DNA of 56,719 bases, counting the filler, from Sphacelaria rigidula (Eukaryota): NCBI GenBank assembly GCA_964200075.2. It is 5 parts of 5 records of this genome, joined end to end, with 100 filler letters (N's around TTAATTAATTAA, not from the genome) between each part and the next. Parts side by side here need not be neighbours in the genome. Positions count along the whole stretch, not along the records: positions 1 to 11,267 come from CAXNAA020005145.1; positions 11,368 to 22,632 come from CAXNAA020005146.1; 3 more parts are not named here. One strand, given 5' to 3'. Each line of letters starts with the position of its first letter. The stretch's first letter is position 1. The notes under the pieces were generated by a model, which was given only the letters and a program-made list of their open reading frames with translations, was not told where the DNA came from and ran no database searches. Below are positions 1 to 13,156 of this stretch, in pieces. A program made the position numbers and the translations under genes.

Positions 1-3000
1 CCCTTGCTTCCGCGAAAACGACGAATGAATCCGCGGGGAAGGTGGACGATGACTACAGAAGGTACGAACGAGAGATTCGCGAGATGAGCATCAGGGAGGA
101 CCGTATGGCGAAGACGTTCATCGACAAGGTGTGCAGAAAAATAAGGGGTGGGTGCGTCGATCAATGCAGCGCAGATTTTTTGTGAAGTGTGTGTGTGTGT
201 GTGGTGTGTGATTTTTTACAGTACATCGACACTCACCGACTCAGTATTTTGTGAAGCAGCAGCAGCAGCAGCAACAGCAACAACAACAACACTGGATGAG
301 ATTAATCGATAACATTTATCTATCAACGAATGAATCAATCAATCAAACGTACAATGAATCGGCGAATCAGCGCGGATGTAAGGTCAAATGAGCAATTTGA
401 TCATTTGCACTAATCCCGTCCTCGGTGGTGAATATTGCACGACGCACGCATGAACACTTCTGCAGCAAAAACGAGTCCCCCGCGCTTCGAGATAAAGAAC
501 GGTCAGCTACGAAGTTCGAATGAGTTGTTATTGCCTTCCGACTCCACGAGTACGTTCCTGCTTGAACTCTCCGCGGACGCCGGGAAACATAAACATGGCA
601 GTGGTCAAGCCTTGTATTCCCGTGCATGACGTATACCCAAAAGGCTCGCACGCAAGTACAATCACAGCAAGAACTGGACGGCATGGTATGAACGAGAAAG
701 GTGTGGAATCACCTGCCAAAGTGGGGGACAACAGCAAACAGCAGGAAGAGTCTACAAGACATATTCGGCGTGATCACTTCGTCTTTGTGCCGTCGTCAAA
801 ACAAAAGGTGCTCGAGCGCAGAGATGCGGATATTGCCAGTGCTTGGAATTCCTTCACCAGTGCAGCTGTGAAGCACGGTATAGCGCTGGATCGGCGAAGG
901 AACGCCCGGCGGCCTCACCCAGTTCTTCCCGCCTGGCCGGAAACCACATCAGCATTCCAGAAAAATAAAGAGGGGGAATCGAAAAGAGTACAGGCGCTAT
1001 TGAAAAGGTACCGTAAAATCGCAGGGAATAAATATTTTAGTTGTAAAGAAGCGTACAAGTTGATCATTCGGTCAAAATCTGACACTAATAACTTCTGCTT
1101 TGTCTGCCCCGATTATCTTCCCACAACAGAGATTTGGCGCATCTCCGGTTCGCCTAAATGCAAAGCGCCCAATCCTATAACGTGAAAAAGGCTCAAAATT
1201 TCACCTGTGTCGTTATCGCGAAAACGTGAGGAGTATTGATTCCGGGTACATTTTTCATTGGAATCTTAACGTAAATTGGCTTCAGGGGGAAGGCGAACGC
1301 ACGCGGTTGGGGATAGGGAGAGCAAGGGGGATGTAGTCTGCCGGATTTTTTTCTCAAATTGCCGATATGTAGCTTGTTGGACGAATTTTAGCATGATCAA
1401 GGTGTGTACATCCAAGCGCTTTTTGTTACACCAGTGGCTTGAATGTTGATGCAGATGCACGCATTCAATCCAACAGTGCAAACCACACACACACACACTC
1501 TCAGAATACTTTGATTGGTTGATTGATTGATTGATTGATTGTCACACTTCGACTGACCACCCTTAGGTCCAGCCGTGGTCGCATGATAGTCATACCCAAG
1601 AGAACCAAAACCGAAACATGGGTTCAAGAAAAATGAAGGAGAAAAAAAAAGTCGAACGGAACGACATAGTAGACTCAGACGTTAAAAACAGTAATAATAA
1701 TAATAAAGAAGGAAGAAAACCTACAAGAGCAACGCACAGAAAGAGATGGCCGACCTAAAAATAAATACTGAAATACTGTGTGTATAATATAGAAAACCGA
1801 CGGAAGTCCGTACGTGATGTACATGCGAGGACAGCATCTGTTCGCCGTTTGTCCAACATAATTCATGATCATCCCCAGGAGCGATCAATTGAAGATAGAG
1901 CCGACTTCATCGACTGGGTCTCACGTGTACCTGGTGCATACAGCTCTCTTCTCGCACTTTCCCCCTCAGGGGAAAGGGGGGGGGGGGGGCGGCAGGAAAT
2001 GCAGGAATTTCACATTGCTCCTCCACACGTCCTTTGGGATACTCGAGTAGGCGAAAACAAGCGCGTGTGATCAATCCGAAACGAATATGCCCTTGCAAGC
2101 TTCAAATTTGAAGGCTGGACGAAGCAAACAGCTGTCGTCTGAGGCCACAGAAGACGCGGAATTCCCGGGTGACCTCCAAGAAAACACTATCTACCCGATC
2201 TCCCTGAAGCTCTGGCTCACCTAGCATACAATGTTTTCAATACTTACCCTCGCCCCCTGTGTCCCCCCCCCGCCCACTCCTCTTCAGGTATCTAGAGCCC
2301 ACCGTGGCGCGGACTCTACCGGGCCCCTATCTGCGTTCGGCCATACCGGCACATGTCTCTCTCGACAGTAAAAGGATAAAGCCACGTCCTGCCACTAGCG
2401 TCGTCGCACGGAGCCGGGGGAAGAGGGAGAAATGGCGAGGAGCAAAAAAGCGACCTGCCGTTTTTGTCGACCTCTGCGGCGACTGCGATAGCGGTGCTAG
2501 CAGCGTAAATAAGTCGTGGAGCGACAACGACAACGACGGCTGGAAAACGATCACCACTATTTCCACCGCGACCAATGGAACTTCAACTACTGCAAGGGGT
2601 GGTGCAAAACGCACGACGGCAGCGGCGACGGAGGGCGATGATAGTGATGATAGTACTGATGAGGAGGAGGATGGTGATCCCGAAACGATGTCGTGGAGAA
2701 TGTTGACCGGTGGCTGTAGTCCACGACTAGTCCTCTTATCATCGCCCCGAGGAGGAAGCGAGCGGGAGGAAGAGGCCAGCGATACAGGCCGACTTCAGAC
2801 CAAGAAGCGAGCAAAGGGACCCTCTTGTTCCCACCGACGACAACGACAACGGCAGACTATAGCAGAGGACGACGAACACCGCCACCGTATCGTCGGTCAG
2901 GCCGCTGCAATGTTACCCGGTGATACAATCAATAGAAGCTCAACCCCTGAATCTCAACGAAAACGACCCATGCCTAGTGGACTAGATTCTTCCCCAACCC

Positions 3001-6000
3001 CTGCCAGCATGGCTGATAGCAGCGCGGGGTTCGGCCTCGGGGGCACGTGCCCGGGCGAACAGGGCGGGTGGGCGCAGAGTCTCGATCCTCCTGACGGTTT
3101 CAACGACAAGCGCTATTACACCAAGGCCTCCTCCTCGTCGCCACCGCAGCAGCAGCAGCAGCTGCAGCTGCGACGTACAAAATCGCTTGGCGTTCTTGGT
3201 GATGGTGACGAGACGAACCGTGCTGGCTCACGTATTGCACCTGCTGGACGGCGATTGGCCATGCATCAGGATCGGAGGAGTCGAATTCGCCAGAGTAGTC
3301 GCGGCAGCTTTGGATATTTCGACAACGATGAGGACAGGACCAACAACAAGAGCAATAATGGTGACAACGACATGAATGGAAGAGACTGCAATCATCATTG
3401 GGAAGCCGTCTGGGATGAAAAGAGGTCCAGCCGAGGGCTTCTGGGCAAGCCCTGCACGAGATTTCCGGGGTCCTCAGCGCGGCAGGATTTGCCTTCGGGG
3501 ATCGACGAAACGGTCGAGCGTTTCTGCGCCGCGGCGTTCTTGAGGGGGCATGTCCCGGATGGACTGTTGCCTTTGGGGACCACGCCTGAGGAAGCGTACA
3601 GTCGGTAAGAAGGGCACGAAGGACAGGTGATGGCAAAATGAAGAGGAAAGGATGAGGCTTGTGGTGTCTGTCGGTTGGGCGAAAACAGTTGGAGAATCAT
3701 GTTCAGGTTAATTTCTTCTTCTTGAGTACGTTTGTTTTTTCACCGTGTAGTTTGTCAGACTCGTGCTGTTGCCTGCGTCTCCGGCATAAGGAGATGTTGC
3801 CTGTGCTCGTCTTGCACCAAAAGTTGGTGAAACTCTCCCATCTCCCCCTCCCCACCCAGCCATAACGAACTGTAGTCTCACGTACACGTACCCCCAAGTC
3901 GACGGAAGCCACGAATCATAGCCGAATGTTCTCATTCCGTTGCCCTCTGTCCGAAGGAGTACGTCCCGGTCGACCAGACGATCGGGTGAATTTATTCGTC
4001 ACAGGGAACAGAATGAAAAAGACGGAAAATCAACATCTGAAAGATATCCGCGAGTTGAATTCTCTGGCTTGAATCAAAAGTGTGTTTTTTAATCTGTTTC
4101 ACACACGCAACACGCACGGCAGGTATTTGCAGCTGCCTCCGTCACTCGCCAAAATCCGCCACGAGCAGCTATGTCGCGCCGCCTCAAGGCCAATCGCCCG
4201 CGCCCTCCGCAGCAAAGGCTTCGTGTCCATCCGCGAACTCCTTCCCCTGTCCAAGCTCCAACACATATTCCTCAGCGAGGCAGCGACAACAGGCGCGGAC
4301 GAAGGCGGGGTGACCCTGGTCGCCGTCAATCTCGCGCGCGAAGTGAAGAACTTTTCTTATTCGGCCCGGTGTTCTTCGGGCGACCGTGGTGGGAACGGCT
4401 GGCCTGATCCGTCTTCACCCGTAAGCCCAGCCGCCGGCGGCTGTGGCTTCGATTGTCGCGGTAGCGCCCCCGAGGTGGGAACGAGAGGGGTTCATGTAGG
4501 CGAACGGAACGTAGGGGGGAAGAGGGGAATGGAGAGGGAGTGTACTCATGATATTGCATGCCGTAGTGTTGAGACCATTGACCTCACACCCCTGCGAAGC
4601 CAGGACGGAACACCCCGGGCTTTCGTCGGACCAGGCTCGCAATCAATCATCAAGTGCGAAGCGCCGTGATGTGTTCGGCGAGTGGCATGAGGGTTAACCC
4701 ACATCCTGCTAAAATTGGTCGACCCGCATTCTGCTAAGATTGGTCGACCCCTATCCTGCTAAAACTGGTCGACCCGCATCCTGCGAAGATTGGTCGACCT
4801 GCATCCTGCGAAGATTGGTCGACCTGCATCCTGCGAAGATTGGTCGACCCGAAGCGTACTGATTGTCTTGCATACGGATGGCAACCTCGAACGAGTTGCT
4901 TCAATTTTTGGTATCCCCGCTTCCAGAGGCAGCCACGACATACACACTGCCTCACGGGTATGTTTCAAGCTTGTCATGAGAGTGAGGGGACCCATGGTCA
5001 CAAGAGCAAAAGACCATCCGGTACGACTTTCGTCCGATGAAGGGTTGTACAAATCTGGGCCGAAAGCGTGCGCTCTACCGTGTTCCCTCCGTCCCCGCCC
5101 GCTTACTTGCACCGGCTCGAACGCCATTGCCCGCGGACAGGGACAGGAGGGTAGGAGGAAAACGACTCCAGCAGATCCCGTTGCTGGCAAGCCTGGATTG
5201 GTCCCTCATAGTGACGGTGCGGGAAGAAAACGAGGACCTAAGAGGATAAGTCTTGACGGACTTGCTTTAGAGGGTGGTGCGAAGGACGCGGATGGCGACA
5301 GCGGATGGGATCCCAGGAGGTACGTCGGACGTCCGGAGGAGTGGTTTCGACCCCCGGGAACCGTGATGAAGCGGCGTTGGGACGATGACAAGAAGGTGCG
5401 TACGTAGCCCCCCCCCCCCGCCTGAGGTCGTCATTTTTTCCGCCTTTGTGTTCGTACTTGTAGGTATAGTTGGTATTTTTCAATGTATATACAGAATGAT
5501 GACCGTTTGGGACCGCAGAAATAGGACCCCCAGGTATCCTATATCCGAATTTCACTGAGATTCTGTGGCTCGCCTAGTACATACATGCAGTAATTGTTGA
5601 TGCTTGCCGATATCCGGATCCTCGTCGTTTCCAAAATCGAGATAATGTTGGAAATGGTGACGTGAGGCAATCCCGTAACATATAGTGGTGGATGTACTGT
5701 GAACATACGTATTGAAACATTTGCTTCTTGGTAGCATCCTGTGCCGGTAGCCTGCACAGGATGATCTCTTACGCTCAGCGCTCTAAAATTGTCATCACCA
5801 TACTCTGAAAAATAAAAAGCAGAATCAACACAAAACAGAAAAATCAACACGTTCAGGTCCATTTTTTCCGAGATGAAACTTCCTAGCTGGCTCACCGCCT
5901 TTGAGCGTACCATAAACATCTTGTTTGCGCACGTTGTTTGACGTGTTGGCTCCATCCAAGGACATATTTTACTAAATAGACACCGGGAGCATTCAGTTAC

Positions 6001-9000
6001 GGTCTGAAATTGCAGTGACAAAATTGTCAGGTATTAATTAATGATTAATCAATTGATTAATTAATTGATTGATCGTCGAACTTTAACTGACTCCCGAGGG
6101 ATCCAGCCGTGGTCGCATGAGAGGCGTACCCAACAAAAAACAAGACTGAAAACACTCGCTGAAGAAAAAGAAGGAACAGAAACAGTCGAACAGAACAACA
6201 CAGTAGATTAAGACGTCAAAAATATAAACATCAACACAAGCAAAAGCACAGAAAGAAATGCAGGTAGCCTGTAATTATTGTCTAACCAGTTTTACAGCGG
6301 ATGTACTCCTCTTGGCCGCATTGGCGACAGCGTGTATCGGTTCCATCCAAACCACTAGAACAGCAACAAACATACCCAAAACGCCCCGCCCCCTTCCTAC
6401 CATTCCCTGCCGAACATGTCCCAAATCCGCGTGCCGACAGATGCTCGTAGCTAACAACAACCACAGCTTCGATAAGCTGTACCGAAAATTTATCCCGCCA
6501 CAGCAGCAGCAACAACAACAACAACAACACGCACGAGAGTATGGCGAAAGAGGAAACCAGGATCGTCATTTTAGTCCTGGTGACCACCATCGCTTACTGG
6601 AAGATCCACCCGACAAACGAGAGACTGTTCCTACTCTTGGAGCTTCCAGCCCCACAACCTATCCCTACTGCTCCAAGTGCTCTTGCTGTTGTGGCTGGTG
6701 CAAAACAAACGAGTGGGCAATCGCGGCTGCACCTGCGGGGCCAGAGGCATTGTGCCCACAATGGCGGAAGACCGCGCGAGATCAAACTACTACAACTGTT
6801 GCGGTCAGCTCTCCTACCTCTCCGCACCACTCCAAGTGCTCTTGTCCTTGTGGCTGGTGCAAGACAAACGAGTGGGAGGCCTTGACCGCGACTGCCGACC
6901 CAGATGCGTTGGGTCGGCGATTGCGGGAGATCGCGCGAGATCAGAATGCCACGGCTGTTGCGGTCAGCTCTCCTTCCTCTCCGCACCACTCCAAGTGCTC
7001 TTGTCCTTGTGGCTGGTGCAAGACAAACGAGTGGGAGGCCTTGACCGCGACTGCCAACCCAGATGCGTTGGGTCGGCGATTGCGGGAGATCGCTCGAGAT
7101 CAGAATGCCACGGCTGTTGCGGTCAGCTCTCCTACCTCTCCGCACCACTCTAAGTGCCCTTGTTCTTGTGGCTGGTGCAAAACAACAAACGAGTGGGCGA
7201 TCACGGCTGCACCTGCTGGGCCACAGGCATTGTGCCCACAATTGCGGAACACCCGGCGAGATGAAACTACTACAACTGTTGCGGTCAGCCCTCCTACCTC
7301 TCCGCACCACTCGAAATGCTCCTGTCCTTGTGGCTGGTGCAAAACAAAGGGGTGGGCGATCGTGACTGCAACGGCCGGGCCAGGGGCGTTGTGCCGACGA
7401 TTGCGAGATATCGCGCTGGGTCGAACGGCTACAACCCCGACTACTGCCGTTGTGTTCAGCCCTCCCACCTCTCCGCACTGCTCCGGTGGCTGTTGCCCTT
7501 GTGGCTGGTGCAAAACAGACGAGTGGTCGACCGTGACTACGACTGTCGGGCCGGAGGCGTTGGGCAGACAATTGCGAGGTATCGCGCGGGATGGGGCTGT
7601 CGCTGCTGTCACTGTCCTCCGTGATGCCTCTCGACATCGCTCAGAACCCTGCGGTTGTTGCAGCTGGTGTAAGACGGGGGGGTGTGGGGCCATGATTCCG
7701 ACTACTGGGCCACAGGCATTGCGCCGCCGGTTGGGGGAGATCATGCGGGATGAGTACGGCGATATTTTCGACGGTATGACATCCACTGCAGTGGAATTGT
7801 ACAAGGTGGGTGCGGGTGCTGTGGTTCCTCAACTCAGGGGAATGATCTGTGGGAGATACTGTTGTAGCGGGATTTTGATAGTAAGAGGTCACGCGACGGT
7901 CAGGGGCGAGCAAGCAGCCCCCCGGATTGAAGACAATAACAATGTCGCTATATTATTGCTGCTGCTGATACTTCGCTGCCGGTGTGTTTGTCGTCTTCTG
8001 ATTTCGTTTTTTTTTTTTTCCGCGGCAGATATTCGGAGGCCTCGGTTTGTGTGTCAAGAGTTACTAGCTCCCCTCAGAATCAAACATACATGAATACATA
8101 CATACATACTGTCTGAAATATTGAGCGTGCGGTAAATAAGTTTATTACTTTGACGTTCCGATTTTTTTATTTTCCGTAAAGGGCGAATCACAACGGGGAG
8201 AAAACACGTTGAAGAGGGGGCGGGAGCATTCAATCGAAGATGAAAAAAACAAATCAATCAGAGCTTTCATCGAAAATGCCAGAAGTAATTTTTTGAGTGT
8301 CGACTACTGTCCGGCAATTTCGTGTGAACGTTTCTTGCTGCCTGATATTCCTGAAGCACATGATCAATGACGTGAAATCCTGGGGAATTGTGGAAGATCC
8401 ACCGGAACGGTTCTTGTGCCGAGCCGCGTTCTACGTTGTCGAGCACCCCTCTCTCCCTACGAAGGCGGAGTTGGAGGCAGCTGCAGTGCGCGATCTCCAA
8501 GCACAGGTACGGACGCACGTATTGGACGCAAAGCATTGGTTCTTTGAAACCAAAATCGATTGCAGTAAAATTGCTTGTGGTGGTGGTGCTGGTACTGGTG
8601 CTGCTGCTGGTGCTAACGTGTAAGTAGCCCACGCTGGACAACAGATTATACTGTGAAAAAATGTACTGCGTACAGTATGGAATATATTGTCTGCTGCAAT
8701 AGGCGCGATAGTCGATACTTTACTCAGTACACTTTTTGACAGTGTATTCTGTTGTCCAGGGTGTGGTAGGTGGACAAAACATATTGGCTGATTTTTCCCT
8801 GTATACGAGTGATGCCGCAATACCTCTACCCCCCCCCCCCAAATCAGCCCCCCAAATGTCACGAAGTACAGCGGACGATAGCTGGTTTCAGACTGCATGA
8901 GGCGCCTCATATGGGCGATAATGGCGAAAACGATTCCAAGCGTGGGAGTTCCCAAGTGCTCGGTGTGCTCGCCTTAATCATTTTGATGCCAACGTAAATC

Positions 9001-10082
9001 TTGCCTCCTCATACCAGCCACCTCTCTGGGGTTGGCTGTTCCGGCATCACTCATACATTCTACTATTACTATACATGCAGTATGTATGTCTGTATGCCCT
9101 TTTTTTTGTCACCGTTACAAGGGGATGTTGTTGAATATACAAATGCCGTACGGAAACTCCCTTGTGAGAGCAGTTGTACGACAAGTACTAGAGCACGTGC
9201 TAGCACTAATGCTACTAGTCGAGCGGAAGGGTTGAGCGAAGAACACAAGTCAAAGTCACGCCGTTTCTCGTGACGTAAGTTCGCAGAATTTTCCCCCATA
9301 ACGCTACGGCAGCTTGAGGTGTGTTTAGAAGGTAATAGTTGATGATCATTCTACCGCCAGAGAGTTGATATCGCATGGTGCAATGTAGAGAGATATATAC
9401 ACTTCGCACGTATACATATTTAAGATCAGACATTTTTGCCGCCCTTGTGTACATGTGTGACAGCCGCACTTTCACATGCGCATGGCAAATAATCGAGCGC
9501 GTCTCGTTTACGGGCGCATTAGCCCTCACCTCCCCCAATGAAGCCCAATTGACGCCTTGCGAGAACAGCGAAGTCTCATACTACACATCACTAAACCTGC
9601 AGTTCTCGCAGACGTGCACAGGAAAGCGCGAAGAAAACAGACTGGCGAGACCACTGACCAATGCGAAGAGGTTCCCGATCGGGAAATTCGAGCAGGCGCT
9701 GCTGGACAACGCGCTATCAGGGGAAAAGGTGAGGGAGAAGGGCGGAGTGGCGCCAGGCACAGCGTCCTTCTGTCTCGTTTCTTTTAGCCGTCACATCCTC
9801 CGTTTGATGGTGTGCTAACCCTTTGTCAGTATTCATGGACTTTTTGAGTTCGTGCTTGCTAGCTTTGTCTCTCAACATTGCATGTGCCACTCATTGGGAG
9901 AATCCCCGTCAGGCAGAAGGTGGCCATTTCTGCGATATTCATACGTAATAGTTAATGCCCCTGTAACAGCTTGATTCATGTGTGAGTTTGCTATAAGAAA
10001 TCTCATGGATATTAATTTGGTCGTTGCCATGTCTCCGAGATGAAATGCTTTGTTCCTTCAGGTCCAGCATTTCTACTCGTGA
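1..10082 (+). CDS. Multi-exon protein-coding gene, 5'-truncated by the window. Unknown protein with low-complexity regions and Cys/His-rich repeats. Exons: <1-128, 808-1007, 2288-3604, 4123-4474, 5141-5395, 6441-7805, 8357-8506, 9603-9728, 10062-10082
   Basis: Every junction is GT..AG and the phases chain correctly (0,2,2,0,0,0,0,0). This gives a stop-free frame ...AKTFIDK|VLERRDAD...ALLKR|YLEPTVAR...EEAYSR|YLQLPP...SAPE|GQEG...RRWDDDKK|MLVANN...VELYK|HMINDVKSWG...DLQAQ|FSQTC...SGEK|VQHFYS*. The short last exon and the exact 5141 acceptor are less certain. Confidence 0.8.
1512..1860 (-). mobile_element. Non-LTR retrotransposon (LINE/SINE) 3' end with (CAAT)n tail
   Basis: The motif CATGCGACCACGGCTGGA...CAGTCGAAGTGTGACAATCAATCAAT on the - strand recurs at ~6045-6290 (-), ~27120-27190 (+) and ~32990-33105 (+). 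Each copy ends in a CAAT-type repeat tail. Confidence 0.65.
4540..4990 (+). repeat. Copy of a high-copy unclassified dispersed repeat, in an intron
   Basis: Shares gtactcatga..catgcc.tag...gaccattgacctc.catccctacaaagccgggacggagcacgccggg...gcgaagcgccgtgatgtgttcggcgagt...cagccac..cacactgcctca with the copies at 10855-11210, 22525-22632, 31767-32570, 33835-33995 and 45548-46270. Confidence 0.85.
4697..4846 (+). repeat. Minisatellite, 6 x 25 bp (ACCCGCATCCTGCTAAGATTGGTCG), expanded inside the dispersed repeat
   Basis: Six contiguous near-identical units with no spacers. Other copies of the host repeat carry a single unit. Confidence 0.95.
6040..6295 (-). mobile_element. Second copy of the same LINE/SINE 3' end, in an intron
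   Basis: gatccagccgtggtcgcatga...tacccaa...gtcgaacagaacaacacagtagattaagacgtcaaaaa aligns by eye with 1560-1700. Confidence 0.6.
6663..7755 (+). repeat. Seven tandem ~159-bp (53-aa) coding repeats, consensus PHHSKCSCPCGWCKTNEW...GP.AL.R.LR.IARD...VAVSSPTS
   Basis: Visible in the 6258..8093 ORF. Units start at 6822, 6981 and 7140, exactly 159 bp apart. Units 2 and 3 are nearly identical, and units 1 and 4 resemble each other. Confidence 0.95.
8647..8746. mobile_element. Tiny MITE-like inverted-repeat element in an intron
   Basis: The left end TATACTGTGAAAAAATGTACTGCGTA matches the reverse complement of the right end TACACTGTCAAAAAGTGTACTGAGTA at 22/26 positions. Confidence 0.55.
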
Positions 10083-10132
10083 AGCGAGTGGGTACGCGAT
10101 CGTCAAGATATGTGGAACGATTCTCGTGTACG

Positions 10133-10165
<33 letters not shown>

Positions 10166-10854
10166 CTTTGATATTCTACTTTCACTACTCACGCCCCACG
10201 CTATATATGTATACATTCATACATACATAGGGATCGCCCATATTCCCCAGAATTATTTCTTCAGATACAACTCCAAAATTTCCCTAATCTCAATCCAAAA
10301 TTGTAAGGCATGTAGTAGTTAGTCGTCACTAATTACGAGTAGGCGATTGATGCAACCATATTTCCAAGCATTGGCGTGGATACGAAGATTCTGGCTTTCC
10401 GGGTTATCGTCCTCAATGAAAAGCTCCATCCTCAACAACAAAAATCGGCTTTTTGTATCCGAACATCGGTACGAACCGCAGTACTCTCTTGTATTGTACA
10501 TTGGACCTATCAAGGGATGAACATGAGAAGAAAAAGTAGTGCTTGCAACAGGGTGTTCCTCGCAGCTTCACCTTAGTCGTGGTATTTGTTTTGCTCGGAC
10601 GTGCCGTTGCCGTACATGGTTCGCCGCTGGGTCAACTGGTGCGGCTTTATCCGAAGACGAATAAGCAGAAACCTCGAACGTCGTACTCGTCATGGATGAC
10701 GTCAGCTCCGAAACCGTTTTGTTCGGTCAATCAAAAATGTATTGCCAATTTTTTCCACCGATCAGAAAACTGCGCGCCACTTCGTTTGGTGATGTCACGC
10801 ATTGAAGTACCTAATGAATTTCCGGGAACCCCCCCCCCCAAAACAAATTCCGAC

Positions 10855-11210
10855 ATGTTAGCCTGGTCCGGCGAGAAGCCGGCGTGCTCCGTCCCGGCTT
10901 TGTAGGGGCGGACCCCCGATGGGGTTGGCGTCGGTTGACGATGACGCTATAAAACACGCCACTCACTGCGTGAGCTAGGCAACCAGGTTATGGTTTTTGC
11001 TTTTTGCGCGCTTGCGTTTTTTTTGCGGTTACCATGATGGTAGTCGAGCTAGATCATGTTGAGCGGCGTGGGAGAACCTCAACTCCGCACAGTGGAGATG
11101 ATCGTACCACGTAGTGTGTAAATGGTGAGACACCCATGAGGCAGTATAAAGGACGTGGCTGCCTCAGGAAGTGGCTATACTAGATAATGAAGCAAATCAT
11201 TGTAGGAGCT
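10855..11210 (-). repeat. Dispersed repeat family copy, reverse orientation
   Basis: Contains cctggtccggcgagaagccggcgtgctccgtcccggctttgtaggg and ggtgagacacccatgaggcagt, the reverse complements of the family motifs. Confidence 0.8.
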
Positions 11211-11214
11211 GATC

Positions 11215-11267
11215 GTCCCGGTGGCTCAGTTGGTAACCTCGTAACCTTCTGACGGTTGAGTTGTGGT
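11215..11267 (+). mobile_element. tRNA-derived SINE-like head (Pol III A box), cut by the assembly gap
   Basis: GTCCCGGTGGCTCAGTTGGTAA matches a tRNA 5' end and A box. The downstream sequence does not form a normal anticodon arm, and the B box is lost in Ns. Confidence 0.45.
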
Positions 11268-11367
11268 NNNNNNNNNNNNNNNNNNNNNNNNNNNNNNNNN
11301 NNNNNNNNNNNTTAATTAATTAANNNNNNNNNNNNNNNNNNNNNNNNNNNNNNNNNNNNNNNNNNNN
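11268..11367. other. Assembly spacer (N44-TTAATTAATTAA-N44). The same spacer is at 22633-22732, 33996-34095 and 45358-45457, plus a 10-N gap at 31757-31766
   Basis: Identical 100-nt spacers containing a six-frame stop linker. Confidence 0.99.
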
Positions 11368-12821
11368 CTCTCTGTCGGCATCGCTTATTCTTCCCGGTAC
11401 CGCCGCGTTTTTGTTTGTGGTTTCCGCCCCCCCCCCCCCCCCCATCCCGTCATCCACACCGTGTTGTTGATCACTGCAGCATACTCCTTCTCGTGAGCGT
11501 TGTCCTGTTAGCATTGAAATAGAAGGAAGTCTGTTGCCGCAACGACAGGCTCCTTCACAAGGTTCAGAGGGTCCCCTGCGCTCTCAAACGAGTTTTGAAG
11601 CCCGTGCTCGAGCACAAGGCTCATTTCGCAGGCTTGCTGGGGCGGGTGGGTTGGCCAAAATCTGTAGTCGTTTCCAGTCCCCTTCACGGCTGCATAACCG
11701 CAACCTATTTCCCAACTGGTTGCAGAGGGCTTCGTTGGGAATTGATTGACACTTTTGAAACGTTCTTTGGCTTCTCTCCCCTTTCCTGACATCGCCGTTT
11801 CGGTGTGGAAACCCAAAACGCCTACTATCAGGCCAGTGTGAAGCACTGCAGCATGTTCCTTTCTGTGTGCCTTGCACTGTTACTATTGGGATCGAATGAG
11901 GTCGCTAGCCACCGTTGTTGCCCTCACCCAAACTTCCCTTGGCGTCAGCCGCCTTATCAAACTTCCTAGTCAGCCACTGTCTTTGCCCGCGTGCACATAT
12001 TGTCAACTACCCCCTCGATCCAGGGCACCCGCAACGGTGTTGATACACGACTAAAAAATCCAAATGCAGTTGGATCCATCCTGGTCACGAGCCCATTAGT
12101 GTCCGCGTACTCCTCTTCTGCGCTCTCCAGTACCGTCGCTCCTTGTCTCTTCAGCTGCGCTGCTTGTCCTAGATATTTGCGCGCCATCCTGCGCGAATTC
12201 CACCATATTCCCACAGTGACGGTCGCAACATCCTCCTCGACTATAGTGTGTACCACCGCTGCTCCCACTCTAAGCGAACATATTGTGACTCGTGTGTTTC
12301 ACCTCCTAGCCACGCTAGCTGCGCACGCCCACTCCAGCCACATCGTCGCATGACCTGAGGGTACTCTTCCAGCGCTGCCACGGCACAAGCTCCCTTTGGT
12401 GCCACATGGCAAACATGCCTGGATTCCTATCGCAGCGTTTTAGTGAAAGGAAATTCATGACGACTCCCATATTATCCGGTAGCCGTATGGCATTACTTGC
12501 CATCACGTGCGTCGACTCTTCCCCGCGGCGTGCCGTCCTGAGCGCTACTATATACAATGCCATGTCTCTGACCAATGCAGTCCGCTCCTGCGGATTCTCG
12601 CTCACTGTCGACTGCACTCTAACCTTCCATCTTATGTCCAGAACGCAATGGGGGCACCGCCTTGTTGGCGGTGACCCCTGCCTGTAGCTGCTCTACAGCT
12701 GTGAGCGCTTAAGAATCTGCGACTTACGCACTCTTGACGGAGTTACCTCTATGTTCTGCCATTTGCTGTATATCGCTTTCGGTGAAAACTTCCGCGTACG
12801 CGACGCAACTCGGATTTACAG

Positions 12822-13156
12822 TGTTCGAGTGTTTGTAGCTTCGTGACCCCGTGAGAGGATGGAGTGCAGACTCGACTGAGATAGTCGATCAATGGACACG
12901 GCTGACTGCCGATCAAGATGAGGCAGAAATGTATATGAAGCTTTGTTGGATGAAGAGGGAAAAAGGGAGAGTGACCCCAGTAGGGGCCAAGATCTGAAGA
13001 TGCGGCAAGCACCACTCACGCATGTCCGGCCACTAACATCACGATATAAAGTCATCCCGCGTAGTACCCGGAACTCAAACAGGTATGTCACTAGGCTGTT
13101 GTACCTTATCCTGACAAGGTGTATCTTACTGACTACCCGAGGCCATCCTACGAACA
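12822..13156 (-). repeat. 3' LTR
   Basis: TG...CA ends with a 6-bp terminal inverted repeat TGTTCG/CGAACA. Near-identical to 15920-16239. Confidence 0.95.

Noticed and set aside
4697-4846. 25-bp repeats as a CRISPR array
   Set aside because: Units are contiguous with no unique spacers, there are no cas genes, and the context is a eukaryotic intron.
6594-7804. Long antisense ORFs (347 aa and 234 aa) over the Cys repeats
   Set aside because: Shadow ORFs of a GC-rich coding repeat. The + frame has the splice-consistent model.
11312-11323. TTAATTAATTAA palindrome recurring four times in the window
   Set aside because: Always centred in N runs of identical length. It is an artificial six-frame-stop scaffolding linker, not biology.
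12822-13156. Hammerhead ribozyme (retrozyme) in the LTR
   Set aside because: No correctly spaced CUGANGA...GAAA core with flanking stems on either strand.
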